Positions 25,911 through 36,815 of a stretch of 64,000 nt of DNA are shown piece after piece; position 1 is the stretch's first letter; each line of letters begins with the position of its first letter. The DNA comes from Nemertoderma westbladi (lineage: Eukaryota; Animalia; Xenacoelomorpha): the NCBI GenBank assembly GCA_032718475.1, contig JAUCBJ010007324.1, forward strand, positions 41,957 to 105,956, given 5' to 3'. The translations under genes and the position numbers were made by a program. A model generated the notes under the pieces. The model was not told where the DNA came from and ran no database searches. It was given only the letters and a program-made list of their open reading frames with translations.

Positions 25911-27064
25911 CATCGGACGAACTACCAATTAAAATTTTTTTTACAAAGTTTAAGTTGACTCGATATGAAACTGTTTCGAAAATTTCTACAAATTTGCTCC
26001 GATTTAAAGAGGGTTGGGAAAGAAGGTTAAACTCATGCATGCAATATGTAAAATAGACTGTAATGCCTGAACTGACCATAATTACATTGGAAAACTTAAA
26101 CGAAAACATGTAAAACGCCACAACAAACATTATTTATGGAGAGTGTTAGAGTTTTTACTGACAGTGTTGGTGGTGGGCTTAAAATTTGAATGTAAATAAT
26201 GGTAATTGGTAAATAAAATGTACCGATTTATAGTTTGAAGCGGTCTTATATAATGGCTATAAACGTTGTGGAATAACACAACACTGTATCGACAATGGCC
26301 ACTTATTCGACGAATATAACGTGTCAGTTCTAGACTCCCATATATAGATCCAACCGATTTGGCAACTCATGAAACTATTAAAATACGAACTAATTTATAT
26401 ACATATATTTTTATATGAATTTATTTTACCAGGAATAAAACGACATTAAAAATTGTACTTTCTTTGATGAGTGGCACTTATATACTTATATGAACTTACA
26501 TTACTATTTTTCCGCACTCACTGTTCTGTACACTCGTAATTTTTGATAAAGACACTTACTCTGCTATAAACAGTACAATAATTCCACACTTATTGTAACA
26601 TGAGAAAACCTACCAAATCCAATGATACATTTCTCTGTTTGTGGGAAAGTATGTTTGTTTGTGGTGGTGGGAAATTTCAAAAAGGTCAGGTTATCATATT
26701 CTGTATCAATACCGGTATACTGTAAATACTATAGAGTAAAGTTGTCTTTGCCTGACCCCGTAAGAGATCAGGAATATTGCCGTACAGTTGTAAATAGTAA
26801 ATGTGGCTGTAAATAAAATAGTCATATTCCAAACAGTTGAGTCAAAAATCAAGTCCCTACTGCACGATAATTTAACTCGCAGAAATAAGCTGTTTCCTTA
26901 TTAATAATTGTATTAGTTCAACTCAGAGCAGAGGACCCCATGTAACCGGAATTTTCAATTTTACATTTAAATTTATACAAAAGTTTTATAAAAGTGACTT
27001 TTACGAAATTGTTGCCTTCGTTTCGTTGCCCATTTTTCTCATCAATAGTGATTTATTTTTTATA

Positions 27065-27450
27065 TATTTGAAAGCTTGCATTGTGAGGATTCCAAATATG
27101 TATTAATGTCTAAATTTCGTTGATAAATAGATGAGATATGGGCGTTCTAAGATTGCAAGAAGTATATTTCATTATAATATACCAGTTATTTATGTATATG
27201 TGTAGAGCTATGCATACATAAATATAATAATATATTATAAATAGGATAAATAAATAGGATTTTTATCATAAAAATGATAAAAATAATATCACGTTCTAGA
27301 ATGTTGTGTTTATATTAATTATAATAAATGACTTCCAGCGAATGATAATTTATCACAATCTTTGAACGCCAGTATTATATATCAGCTGTTTCTCAACGAA
27401 ACTCAAAATATATTTATATTTGGAATCCTTACAACTCGAGCTTTCTAATA
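27065..27450. mobile_element. Degenerate DNA-transposon remnant with internal inverted repeats
   Basis: GAAAGCTTGCATTGTGAGGATTCCAAATAT...GGCGTTCTAAGATTG (~27070-27155) is inverted, with divergence, at ~27356-27445. Confidence 0.45.
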
Positions 27451-28074
27451 ATATATCATTGTGGCTAATATGAGGAATGGCCGTGATGCAATGAGGGCGA
27501 TATCGCAAACGTTAAAAGTCTATAAATTCAAAAAAGAAAATTCTACGTAGCTCCATGTTAAATAAAGTATGATAAAGATTGTATAAAAATAAGGTGGGGT
27601 GTGGGTTAGGGATGACACTTCTTATCTAAAATGACAGGTGTAATATATTATTATAATAAGCCTTTGTTGTAAGTAATGGGACTGTGTGGCAGACCTAAAA
27701 ATGAAAGTTTTTATTATACATTACCGGTTGTATTCTCTGTACAGTTACTTTACTGCATTGCAGTACCGGTACGCCTATTGGTACCATTATAGTTTGTTTA
27801 TTTAAGTAGAACTACCAGTTGGTTAAAACGCCATTGATACAAACCAATAACAAACAACCTAACATATAACTGAATACATAATATTATTAAGCTAATTACT
27901 GGTTTATTAGTTTATTTTTATGTTACATTCACCGGAACCAAACCGCACCTAAAACTATCCGACTACAGGGACTATGTAGGGACTCATAGACTGTACTACA
28001 GGGACTCATAGAGTACATGCAAGCTGTAGGCCTGCCGACAATAAGACCAAGAAAGATACCGGTACTAGGCCTAT

Positions 28075-31000
28075 ACAGTTTTTATCCCTGAGTCAGACTA
28101 CAGCCAGACAGCACAATGTCCCCGCTCTTAATCTCCACAGTTTTCATCGTTCTGGGTCGTTTCGTTGTGGCAGAACCATCCGATCCGCGGGGTAACCCTG
28201 CAACCCACCCAATACCCGTATTGGACTGGTTTGCGGAACACCCTGTCGCTACCGTTTCGAACTGCCGCGCCGAATCGACGGAGATGTGGTCGACGAGTGG
28301 ATTTAGCCTCTACTGCTCTCGTCCGGGAAGAAGATCTTGGGTCTCCTCTCCACGAACTAGAGGCCTAATCGCCAAACTCTGTCTTCTGTCTCTGGCTGGG
28401 GATATTGAAACCAACCCAGGACCCAGCAGGACGCGGGCCCCGAAGATCAACTGTCCCGTCTGTCAACGAGGAACAAACTCTCGGAGTAAGATCGTCCAAT
28501 GCGAGAGTTGTGACACATTTGTACATTTAAAATGTTACCGTAGGAAACGCAGTAATTTATTCTCCACCAGAAACAATCTTGAACCAAGTTTTCTCTGCAA
28601 TAGCTGTATTTTTACCGAACTTCCCTTTCATGATACAATTTTAGAATCAGAAACCGACGATTCATTTCTCACATCGCCTCTGCAAACTCCAAGTGATGCT
28701 GAGAGTGAAACTTTTAATTTTTTTAAGAAAAAAGGTCTGCATTTTTTGCACTTAAACGCACGATCTCTGCTTCCAAAACTTTCCGAAATTCGTATTTTAA
28801 TCAATAAATCCAACCCAGCAGTTTTAACAATCTCTGAAACTTGGCTCGATGATAGTGTTTCTGATGGAGAAATTTATATTGATAATTACGTAGTTTTACG
28901 TAAGGATAGGGACAGACACGGTGGTGGTGTCTGTACTTACATTCGATGTGATTTAGCTTTTAATCGTAGGGAAGATTTAGAGACTTGTGACGAAGTTTTA
29001 CTGGTGGAACTTTTACTTCCTAAAACTAAACCTATTTTAATCGGTACTTTATATCGGCCCCCTAAACAATCAGATTTTTTGCAAAATTTTGAAAATACAA
29101 TTTTATGTAATCTTAGGTCAGACTGTGAAATATATTTCTTAGGTGATTTTAATATCTGTTACCATCACAAAGCATCCCCCATCTGTAAACAGTACCAAAG
29201 TATTTTAAATTTGTTTGGTTTAAAACAAATTATTCGAGATTCTACCAGAATTACCAGTAAATCTTCTACTTTACTAGATCACATCCTTTGTAATAATACC
29301 GATATTATTTCTCAATCTGGGGTTTTACCTATAGGTCTAAGCGATCATTTTATAGTTTTTTGCACAAGAAAGACACAAAAATCTTTTTTCGGGGATCATA
29401 AAACAGTAACAGTTAGGTCTATGAAAAATTACAGCAAGGAACGCTTTTTAAGTTTGTTAGTTAATTCTGACTGGGAACCCTGTTTTAAGGCCGCTGACAT
29501 TAACCTTGCGTACACTGTTTTTAAAGATATATTTTTAAAGGCACTTAATACTGTAGCACCAATTAAAGAAATTAGTCTTAAACAACGCACTGAGCCCTGG
29601 ATGACCTCGGGTATTCTTAGTAATATCAGAGAAAGAGATAACTATTTGTATAAATTTAGGAAATACCGTGTTTTAGCTGATTATAATAATTACTGCAAAT
29701 ATAGAAACCTTGTCCAACGGGAAATAAAAAAAGCTAAATCTGAATATTTGTACAACAAAATAAGTGAGAATAAAGATAATCCTAAAAGTCTATGGTCTAC
29801 CCTAAAATCTTTAGGTTATAAAAACCTTAAATCTAAATCGAATATTGTTCTGCAAGATAACGGTGAGCTGATTCATGATCATACTCTAGTTAGTAATTTA
29901 TTTAATAATTATTTTACTAATGTTGCCTCTAATTTAGTTAAGAAATTACCGTTATCAAGTAATAAATATAGTATAGGGTCCGAAACTCTAAATAATTTTT
30001 ATTTAGAAAAGTTACAAAATTCAGAAAAGTTATTTTTAAAACCCGTTTCTGAGGATTTCGTTTTTAAAAATCTACTTAGCCTATCAGCCTCAAAAAGTAC
30101 CGGTCTAGATCTAATACCTGCCCGTTTTCTTAAGGATGGTGCTGAAGTACTTAAAGTGCCTATTACTTTTATTATTAATTACTCTATCGTAGATAATGTA
30201 GTACCAGACGAACTGAAATTAGCTAAGGTTGTTCCGCTGTATAAAAAGAATAGTAAAGTAGAACCCTGTAATTACAGACCTGTTAGTATCTTAAGTATTG
30301 TATCTAAAATTCTAGAACGTTCTGTTTTTCTACAGCTGGAAGCACATCTTAGTAGGCTAAATCTGATCTATGAACTTCAGTCCGGTTTTCGTAAATCATA
30401 TTCTACAGACACCTGCCTTATTAACTTAACTGATACAATTAGATGTAATAACGCAAAGGGTTTATATACTGGTATGGTAATGTTGGACCTACAAAAGGCT
30501 TTCGATACTGTAGATCACAATATTCTGCTTGGTAAGTTAGGCCTGATGGGTGTAGGTTCTATAGACTGGTTCAAGTCCTACCTGTCAGACAGAGGTCAAA
30601 CTGTAGTCATTAGCAAATCGCAGTCTACTGTACAAGAGATTACCTGTGGTGTACCGCAAGGTAGTATATTAGGTCCTCTGCTTTTTGTATGCTATGTAAA
30701 TGATATGATAAGTAGTATAGATCCCGATTTTAAACTCATTTTATATGCCGACGACAGTGCTCTTATTTTCTCTCATAAAGATCCTATCCATATTTCCCAA
30801 AAGTTAAGTGCAGTTCTAGAATCCTGTAATGAGTGGTTGGTTGATAATAAGCTATCCATTCACTACGGTAAAACTGAAAGTATTTTGTTTGGTTCCAAAA
30901 GAAAGTTAAAGAAGGTAACTAAGTTTGAAGTCACTAGTAATGGACATAAGATTGAAAATAAAAAGGAAGTTAAATATTTAGGCGCCACATTGGATAACTG

Positions 31001-31939
31001 CTTATCAGGAGAAAGTACAGTGAAAAATATTTTCTCGAAAGTTAACAGTAGGCTTAGGTTTCTATACAGAAATAAAAATAGTTTAAACACCGACTCCCGC
31101 AAGTTACTTTGCTCTTCTTTAATACAGTGTCACATGGACTATGCGTGCTCTTCTTGGTATGAAGGCTTAACCAAACAGCTTAAATGTAAATTACAAGTAG
31201 CTCAGAATAAAGTAGTACGATTTATTAAAGACTACAAACCTAGGCACAACCTAACTCCAGATGACTTTTCTGAATCTGGACTACTTAACTTAGATAGTAG
31301 AGTTAAGCAGCTACGCCTTAACCATGTGCATAAAGTGTATAATGGTAAATGTCCCAATTACCTAAAACAAAAATTCAACAGAGTACGCGATACACACTCT
31401 TACAGTACCAGAGCTAGTGCTTCAAACTTCTACCTCCCGAATTGTAAATCCTTTGAATCTGATACTTTCTTTTTTAACGGCATAAAAAATTGGAACGCTC
31501 TGCCTAATGAAATTAAAAACCTAAATAATCAACATTCTTTTAAATCTGCAGTTAAATCTCATCTCTGTGCGCAATGTAAAAATAGGTACAATAGTCCTAC
31601 AGTAAGTTATTAGTTTATTAATTATTTACTATTTATACTGTAATTACGTTTTATAATAAACTATCATTACATCTTTATCGTTGAGTCGGACATTGTCACG
31701 CTCTCGGTAAAGTTGTACATGTACATAGTGTAATTACGTTTTATATTGGTTTTAGGTTAGCGTAGTGTAATATTGTATTTGTAACCAAGTAACATAAAGG
31801 ACCCCCTTGGAAATAAGCTGCAAAGCTTTAGGGGTAATCCTATATGTTATGTTGGACAATACCTTTATACCGGTACATTGTTTGGTGTATTTGTTATTGT
31901 TTTTACATAATGTATAAATAAATCTATCTATCTATCTAT
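28075..31939 (+). mobile_element. Apparently intact L2/CR1-group LINE, antisense within the ROCO intron
   Basis: Single long ORF; 3'UTR stem-loop AGGACCCCC...GGGGTAATCCT (31798-31841); AATAAA at 31917-31922 followed by a (TCTA)n tail. The 5' boundary is approximate. Confidence 0.88.
28116..31613 (+). CDS. LINE polyprotein: leader + 2A-like peptide, PHD-like finger, AP endonuclease, reverse transcriptase (1165 aa)
   Basis: GDIETNPGP; CPVC...CESC...H..C...CNSC; APE motifs HLNARSL, ISETWL, GGGVCTY, GDFN, LLDHI, SDH; RT motifs NYRPVS, QSGFR, LDLQKAFD, GVPQGSILGP, YADD, YLG. Confidence 0.93.
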   Translation: MSPLLISTVFIVLGRFVVAEPSDPRGNPATHPIPVLDWFAEHPVATVSNCRAESTEMWSTSGFSLYCSRPGRRSWVSSPRTRGLIAKLCLLSLAGDIETNPGPSRTRAPKINCPVCQRGTNSRSKIVQCESCDTFVHLKCYRRKRSNLFSTRNNLEPSFLCNSCIFTELPFHDTILESETDDSFLTSPLQTPSDAESETFNFFKKKGLHFLHLNARSLLPKLSEIRILINKSNPAVLTISETWLDDSVSDGEIYIDNYVVLRKDRDRHGGGVCTYIRCDLAFNRREDLETCDEVLLVELLLPKTKPILIGTLYRPPKQSDFLQNFENTILCNLRSDCEIYFLGDFNICYHHKASPICKQYQSILNLFGLKQIIRDSTRITSKSSTLLDHILCNNTDIISQSGVLPIGLSDHFIVFCTRKTQKSFFGDHKTVTVRSMKNYSKERFLSLLVNSDWEPCFKAADINLAYTVFKDIFLKALNTVAPIKEISLKQRTEPWMTSGILSNIRERDNYLYKFRKYRVLADYNNYCKYRNLVQREIKKAKSEYLYNKISENKDNPKSLWSTLKSLGYKNLKSKSNIVLQDNGELIHDHTLVSNLFNNYFTNVASNLVKKLPLSSNKYSIGSETLNNFYLEKLQNSEKLFLKPVSEDFVFKNLLSLSASKSTGLDLIPARFLKDGAEVLKVPITFIINYSIVDNVVPDELKLAKVVPLYKKNSKVEPCNYRPVSILSIVSKILERSVFLQLEAHLSRLNLIYELQSGFRKSYSTDTCLINLTDTIRCNNAKGLYTGMVMLDLQKAFDTVDHNILLGKLGLMGVGSIDWFKSYLSDRGQTVVISKSQSTVQEITCGVPQGSILGPLLFVCYVNDMISSIDPDFKLILYADDSALIFSHKDPIHISQKLSAVLESCNEWLVDNKLSIHYGKTESILFGSKRKLKKVTKFEVTSNGHKIENKKEVKYLGATLDNCLSGESTVKNIFSKVNSRLRFLYRNKNSLNTDSRKLLCSSLIQCHMDYACSSWYEGLTKQLKCKLQVAQNKVVRFIKDYKPRHNLTPDDFSESGLLNLDSRVKQLRLNHVHKVYNGKCPNYLKQKFNRVRDTHSYSTRASASNFYLPNCKSFESDTFFFNGIKNWNALPNEIKNLNNQHSFKSAVKSHLCAQCKNRYNSPTVSY

Positions 31940-32250
31940 GTTGTAATGGTCTATTCTGATACCCCTATTACTGTAGACTAATTTATATTTCGTTCCCATG
32001 GTACCCAATATTGGCAGGAGGCAGTAAAGGTAATGTTCAGTTAATCCACATCATATCGGTAAGTAAATTATTAATTAATTTAAATTAAGCAATAATAATT
32101 AATGTAATTAATTCATTTACGTGTTATAATGATTACCGGTATTACTTACTATAGGCCTACCTATGGTACGTGGTACAGTACTGAATTAGACCCCAGGCCC
32201 AATTAATTAATTTAACGTGTTTTAATAAAATAGGTCTATTAATTAATTAC

Positions 32251-33103
32251 CTGTAATAATATGCCGGTCATCTTTACAGAAATCCACCGCTAGGATGACG
32301 CTCCCAGTTCCTTCAATCCGGTTGATAATCTCACCAGTTACAGAATTTAGAATATAAATCAACCCGGTGTTCCACCCAACAGCAGCGATTCTGGATCCGT
32401 TCGGACTCAATACGATCCCCCGGACCCCAGGAGTTGCTTCCTGTCTCCACAAGGTCTCCCCTGTACCAACACCGAAGCGATGGATCCCTCCTCCATCATC
32501 TACCGACACCACTGACTCCCCATCCGGACCCCAACCCAGACTCCAGACCCACCGACTGTGCCCCCGGTATTGATACAACATCTCCCGGGTTCCGGTCACC
32601 CAAACTTTTACTGTTCCATCCCACGAACAGCTGGCCAACCGGGACCCGTTCGAGTCGAACCGAATACAGTTAACCGACTCCGAATGCCCCACCCAGTTCG
32701 TTACCTTATATTTCCTCCCAGTTATTGATATAATAGAAATCCTCCCGTCGGACCCACAAGTTGCAATGACGTCCCGGTTGGAGGGATTTATATCTATTCC
32801 CAACCTAGTTACATGCTCCCCCCCACCAACCACTAACTCCCTCCACGGTACCTCCACTACGACCCTCCAACCGGTCGCTTCCCGCTCCCAGACAGTCACC
32901 GACCCCCCCGCCCAGGTTCCCGAGGCAACGCGGTTCCCGTCCGTAGAAACCGCGACTCTCCTGTAATCGTTAGAACCTCCGGATCCCGGTAGATCTTCCT
33001 TTACGTAGAGAGTTGTTGAGTTTATGATACAGGCGAGGTTGTGAGACACAAAGACAACCTCCTCGGTACCCGGGATCATTTTGAGTTCCTCGATCGGCTC
33101 CAT
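32251..33103 (-). CDS. WD40 beta-propeller exon (about 7 blades) of the WD40-ROCO-CARD gene
   Basis: Repeats GHSESVNCIRFDSNGSRLASCSWDGTVKVW, GHSRWVWSLGWGPDGESVVS, VAVSTDGNRVASG...VTVW and others. Acceptor ttttatcttttAG at 33124; ATG in ACAATGG context; donor at 32250. Confidence 0.85.
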
Positions 33104-34329
33104 TGTTAGGGGGATTATTGAATCTAAAAGATAAAATAAAGTAAATTGCCGCTAAATTGCTAAAGTACTAATAAGTATTACAGCGCTAGTAATTGTTATT
33201 AGATAGTCAGCGTAGCCAGTAATTATTTACTAGCTGTTTTTATTTATTCGGTTTGTATAAACGATCAATATAATATTTAATTTATTTTTAATGTTCCAGT
33301 AAAACAAAGTGTTCTAGAACCTTAATTGATAACGAACTTGTTCTAGGAGATTAAAAAGTAGCGACAACTAGTTAGTTTAAATAAAATGTTCTAGAACAAA
33401 ATAAATATGTTCTAGAACATGAATATTGAACATCCAGTATTTGTGCTACATACCGTAGTTAGTATAAGGTTTGGTATTTAATAAATATACGGAAGAAAAC
33501 CTTTTCAAACTAAAATTTATTTAGTTTATTATTAATTTTCGCATATTGCTATGGAAACTAGCTAAAATTATAATCGTATAATTTTAAATAAATGTTCTAT
33601 AATTGTTGTATTATACCTTTCCTAAAATTATACTCTTTTCTTAGAAATTGCTCTGTTACGAGATTCTAGAAATTATATGTTGCAGTATATTCATATAATT
33701 TTATGTATTATCCTATGGTACAGCAATATACCAAACTTGCTACGGTTTATTTCAATAATATACTATAGCTAAATATTTCACATTAAACAAAATGACCATC
33801 TCAATAAGATTGACAGATTGGCACTATAAATTCTACTCCAGTATTCGTAAGAATGATAACTCTTATTACAAACTGACCTCAACAAAAGCCATGCGAGCAT
33901 CATTAAATTAGATAGAAACGGCATAAAAAACTTAGATCTTTTAGTTGTTTGCCATCTTATTAATTTAATTTAATTTTACTGGGGGGGGGGGGGGGGGGGG
34001 GGTACTAGTGTAACACAAGTGTCACTATTATTCTGCCTTTGTACTGTATAGCTGTTTTATAGCTGTTTTGGCTGTTGATTTATGTTCTGGAACATATTTC
34101 CGACTCGGTACATGTGTAATTTTTATGGTAGCTAGTGTTTTCAATGGTAGTTAATATATTCATAAAAATGGTACAGTAGCTAGTGTATTTAAAAATACCA
34201 ACAAATCGTATTATTATTATGAATATCCATATTAAATTTGGTTTATCTTTATTTATTTATCAGAGAAAAGATTCTAGTATTGAAGAAAATAAAATAACGT
34301 GATTTCTGCAACAATTTATTAAATAGATA

Positions 34330-34565
34330 ATGAAAAAAATCTACAGTAGTTGCACCGATTGGGTCGTCCTTACGACTCATTTCCAGTATAGACCCCACAG
34401 AACTAACTCCTTACAGGCAAAGAGATAACTGGTACTCATTTAACGACCATTTAATTAACAAAGCAAATATGCGCCCTGGTTTGGTTAGTCCCCTTAAAGT
34501 ATTTGTGCCAAAACGAAACTATCCTGGCCCGCCTGCAGGGGTAGAACCCCACGACCTCTGGAGCG
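34330..34565 (-). mobile_element. Possible degenerate tRNA-derived SINE
   Basis: The minus strand begins with a B-box-like GAGGTCGTGGGGTTCTACCCC; the downstream body is unremarkable. Weak call. Confidence 0.3.
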
Positions 34566-34733
34566 ATATTAATTCAAGGAAATGGATTTAAATGCTATGC
34601 ATAGCTTGGAAAAATTGATTATGCGTGTTTGTATTAGGACACGACCCTTAAAAATACAAAGTAAGCTGTCATGTTGTTCGTTCAATATGTTCAAATTAAC
34701 AATAAACACAATATTGCAATGTTCTAGAGTTAA

Positions 34734-34916
34734 TATACGGAAATAATAACCTGAAGCGAATAAAACTGAATAATCACTGATGCCGTTCCAGAAGCAAATT
34801 AACCTGTATAATTACCGAGGCCGCAGGCCGAGGTTATTATATTAGGTTAATTTGCTGAAGGATAAGGCAGAAGTGATTATTACAGTTTTATTCGCTGAAG
34901 GTTTTTATTTCCGTAT
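34734..34916. repeat. Imperfect foldback (~180 bp) centred on CCGAGGCCGCAGGCCGAGG
   Basis: ATACGGAAATAA..AACCT..AGCGAATAAAACTG pairs with CAGTTTTATTCGCT..AGGTT..TATTTCCGTAT. Confidence 0.75.
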
Positions 34917-34976
34917 GCTATTCCTATGTATGTTTATTTTGTAGGAATAACAAACCGACATAAAAAGGTTCCGCTA

Positions 34977-35880
34977 CGCTACAGTTGGCTCGCGGACCTC
35001 CGCCGCGCTACAGTCGGCTCCGCGGACCTCCGCCGCGCTACAGTCGGCTCCGCGGACCTCCGCCGCGTTACAGTCGGCTCCGCGGACCTCCGCCACGCTA
35101 CAGTCGGCTCCGCGGACCTCCGCCACGCTACAGTCGGCTCCGCGGACCTCCGCCGCGCTACAGTCGGCTCCGCGGACCTCCGCCACGCTACAGTCGGCTC
35201 CGCGGACCTCCGCTGCGCTACAGTCGGTTCCGCGGACCTCCGCCGTGCTACAGTCGGCTCCGCGGACCTCCGCCGCGCTACAGTCGGCTCCGCAGACCTC
35301 CGCTGCGCTACAGTCGGTTCCGCGGACCTCCGCCGCGCTACAGTCGGCTCCGCGGACCTCCGCCGCGCTACAGTCGGCTCCGCAGACCTCCGCTGCGCTA
35401 CAGTCGGTTCCGCGGACCTCCGCCGCGCTACAGTCGGCTCCGCGGACCTCCGCCGCGCTACAGTCGGCTCCGCGGACCTCCGCCGCGCTACAGTCGGCTC
35501 CGCGGACCTCCGCCGCGTTACAGTCGGCTCCGCAGACCTCCGCTGCGCTACAGTCGGTTCCGCGGACCTCCGCCGTGCTACAGTCGGCTCCGCGGACCTC
35601 CGCCGCGCTACAGTCGGCTCCGCGGACCTCCGCCGCGTTACAGTCGGCTCCGCAGACCTCCGCTGCGCTACAGTCGGTTCCGCGGACCTCCGCCGCGCTA
35701 CAGTCGGCTCCGCGGACCTCCGCCGCGCTACAGTCGGCTCCGCGGACCTCCGCCGCGCTACAGTCGGCTCCGCGGACCTCCGCCGCGCTACAGTCGGCTC
35801 CGCGGACCACCGCCGCGCTACAGTCGGCTCCGCGGACCTCCGCCGCGCTACAGTCTGCTCCGCGGACCTCCGCTGCGCTC
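34977..35880. repeat. 30-bp GC/CpG-rich tandem repeat, ~30 copies
   Basis: Unit GCTACAGTCGGCTCCGCGGACCTCCGCCGC. Confidence 0.95.
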
Positions 35881-36681
35881 CACTCCAACCCTTTCTCTGG
35901 CGGGATTGTATTTATCGGGCGGGATTCCCCGCACCTCCCGACTTTATGTGGGATTGTTTTACTTGTTAGTTTAAGGTTTATTGTTTGTGGTCGACTGGCT
36001 TGGGTTACATTGATGGTTTCTAGAATGTCAGATTGTCTATTTACCGGTTCTACTTCGCCCTGTCGACACCCCCTGTCATTTTTTTACCATTAATTTGTTG
36101 GTGAATGTTCTAGAACATTAGTAGGTATTTTTTCAAGGTAGATAAGATAGTATATATATTATGAAAATACAAAATATATTTTATTCTTAAATTATTACTT
36201 TTTGCTCGAATATACCCCAAAATCGGGAGGAAAAGTTTCACTTTTTTTCCCTGGGGAAAAAAGTAAAATAAAATATTTTGTTTGTATTTCTTAAATTTTA
36301 TTACAATTTGATTGAAAGAGAATCGAAGTAGAAAAGGTTTGCAAGTAATTTGAGCCAAAATTCATTCAAACATTTAAAAGTTACTGCAACTTTAGTGTCT
36401 GAAAGACGAACTCCATAACGGAACTCAATATCCAATATTGGTTTATGTAGTTAAGCGGCTCTCTAAGTTACCTAATAAATATTCGAGAACACTAAATTAT
36501 TTAACATTGAGTTAAGGCAGCCATCAGGAGTTGGAGAGTACAATAATTACAATAGTAGTAACTATGGAAGCAATATGGTAAAATACTGCAGTTCAATTTA
36601 TTTTGTAACACAACTGTACTGTAGTATATCGCTATGTTTTATTAAAGAATTGAGCAACAAAAAAGTAAGAATATAATTACG

Positions 36682-36815
36682 TATTACATGGGAAAAAAAG
36701 TGGAACATTTTCTTTTCAATATTCTCTCGACCCTTTATTAACCTCGCTGACGATCGGTAAATAAAATGCCTCGAGAATAGTGAAAAAAAGTTCTACTTTT
36801 TCTCCCATGTAATAA
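36682..36815. repeat. Imperfect foldback (~130 bp)
   Basis: TATTACATGGGAAAAAAAGT.GAAC pairs with GTTC.ACTTTTTCTCCCATGTAATA; central CCTCGCTGACGATCGG. Confidence 0.7.

Larger units (their letters stand above)
22767..32250 (-). other. Predicted 9484-bp phase-1 GT-AG intron of the WD40-ROCO-CARD gene
   Basis: Donor ACAG|GTAATT at 32251/32250 and acceptor at 22767 have matching phase. The spliced peptide reads DFCKDDRHIITG-DNGDTITVID, a complete WD40 blade. The intron holds repeats and an antisense LINE. Confidence 0.75.

Noticed and set aside
34926-36093. ORFs of 282-347 aa (SADLRRATVG, RGPPPRYSRL and similar repeats)
   Set aside because: These are stop-free translations of a GC-rich 30-bp repeat in several frames on both strands.
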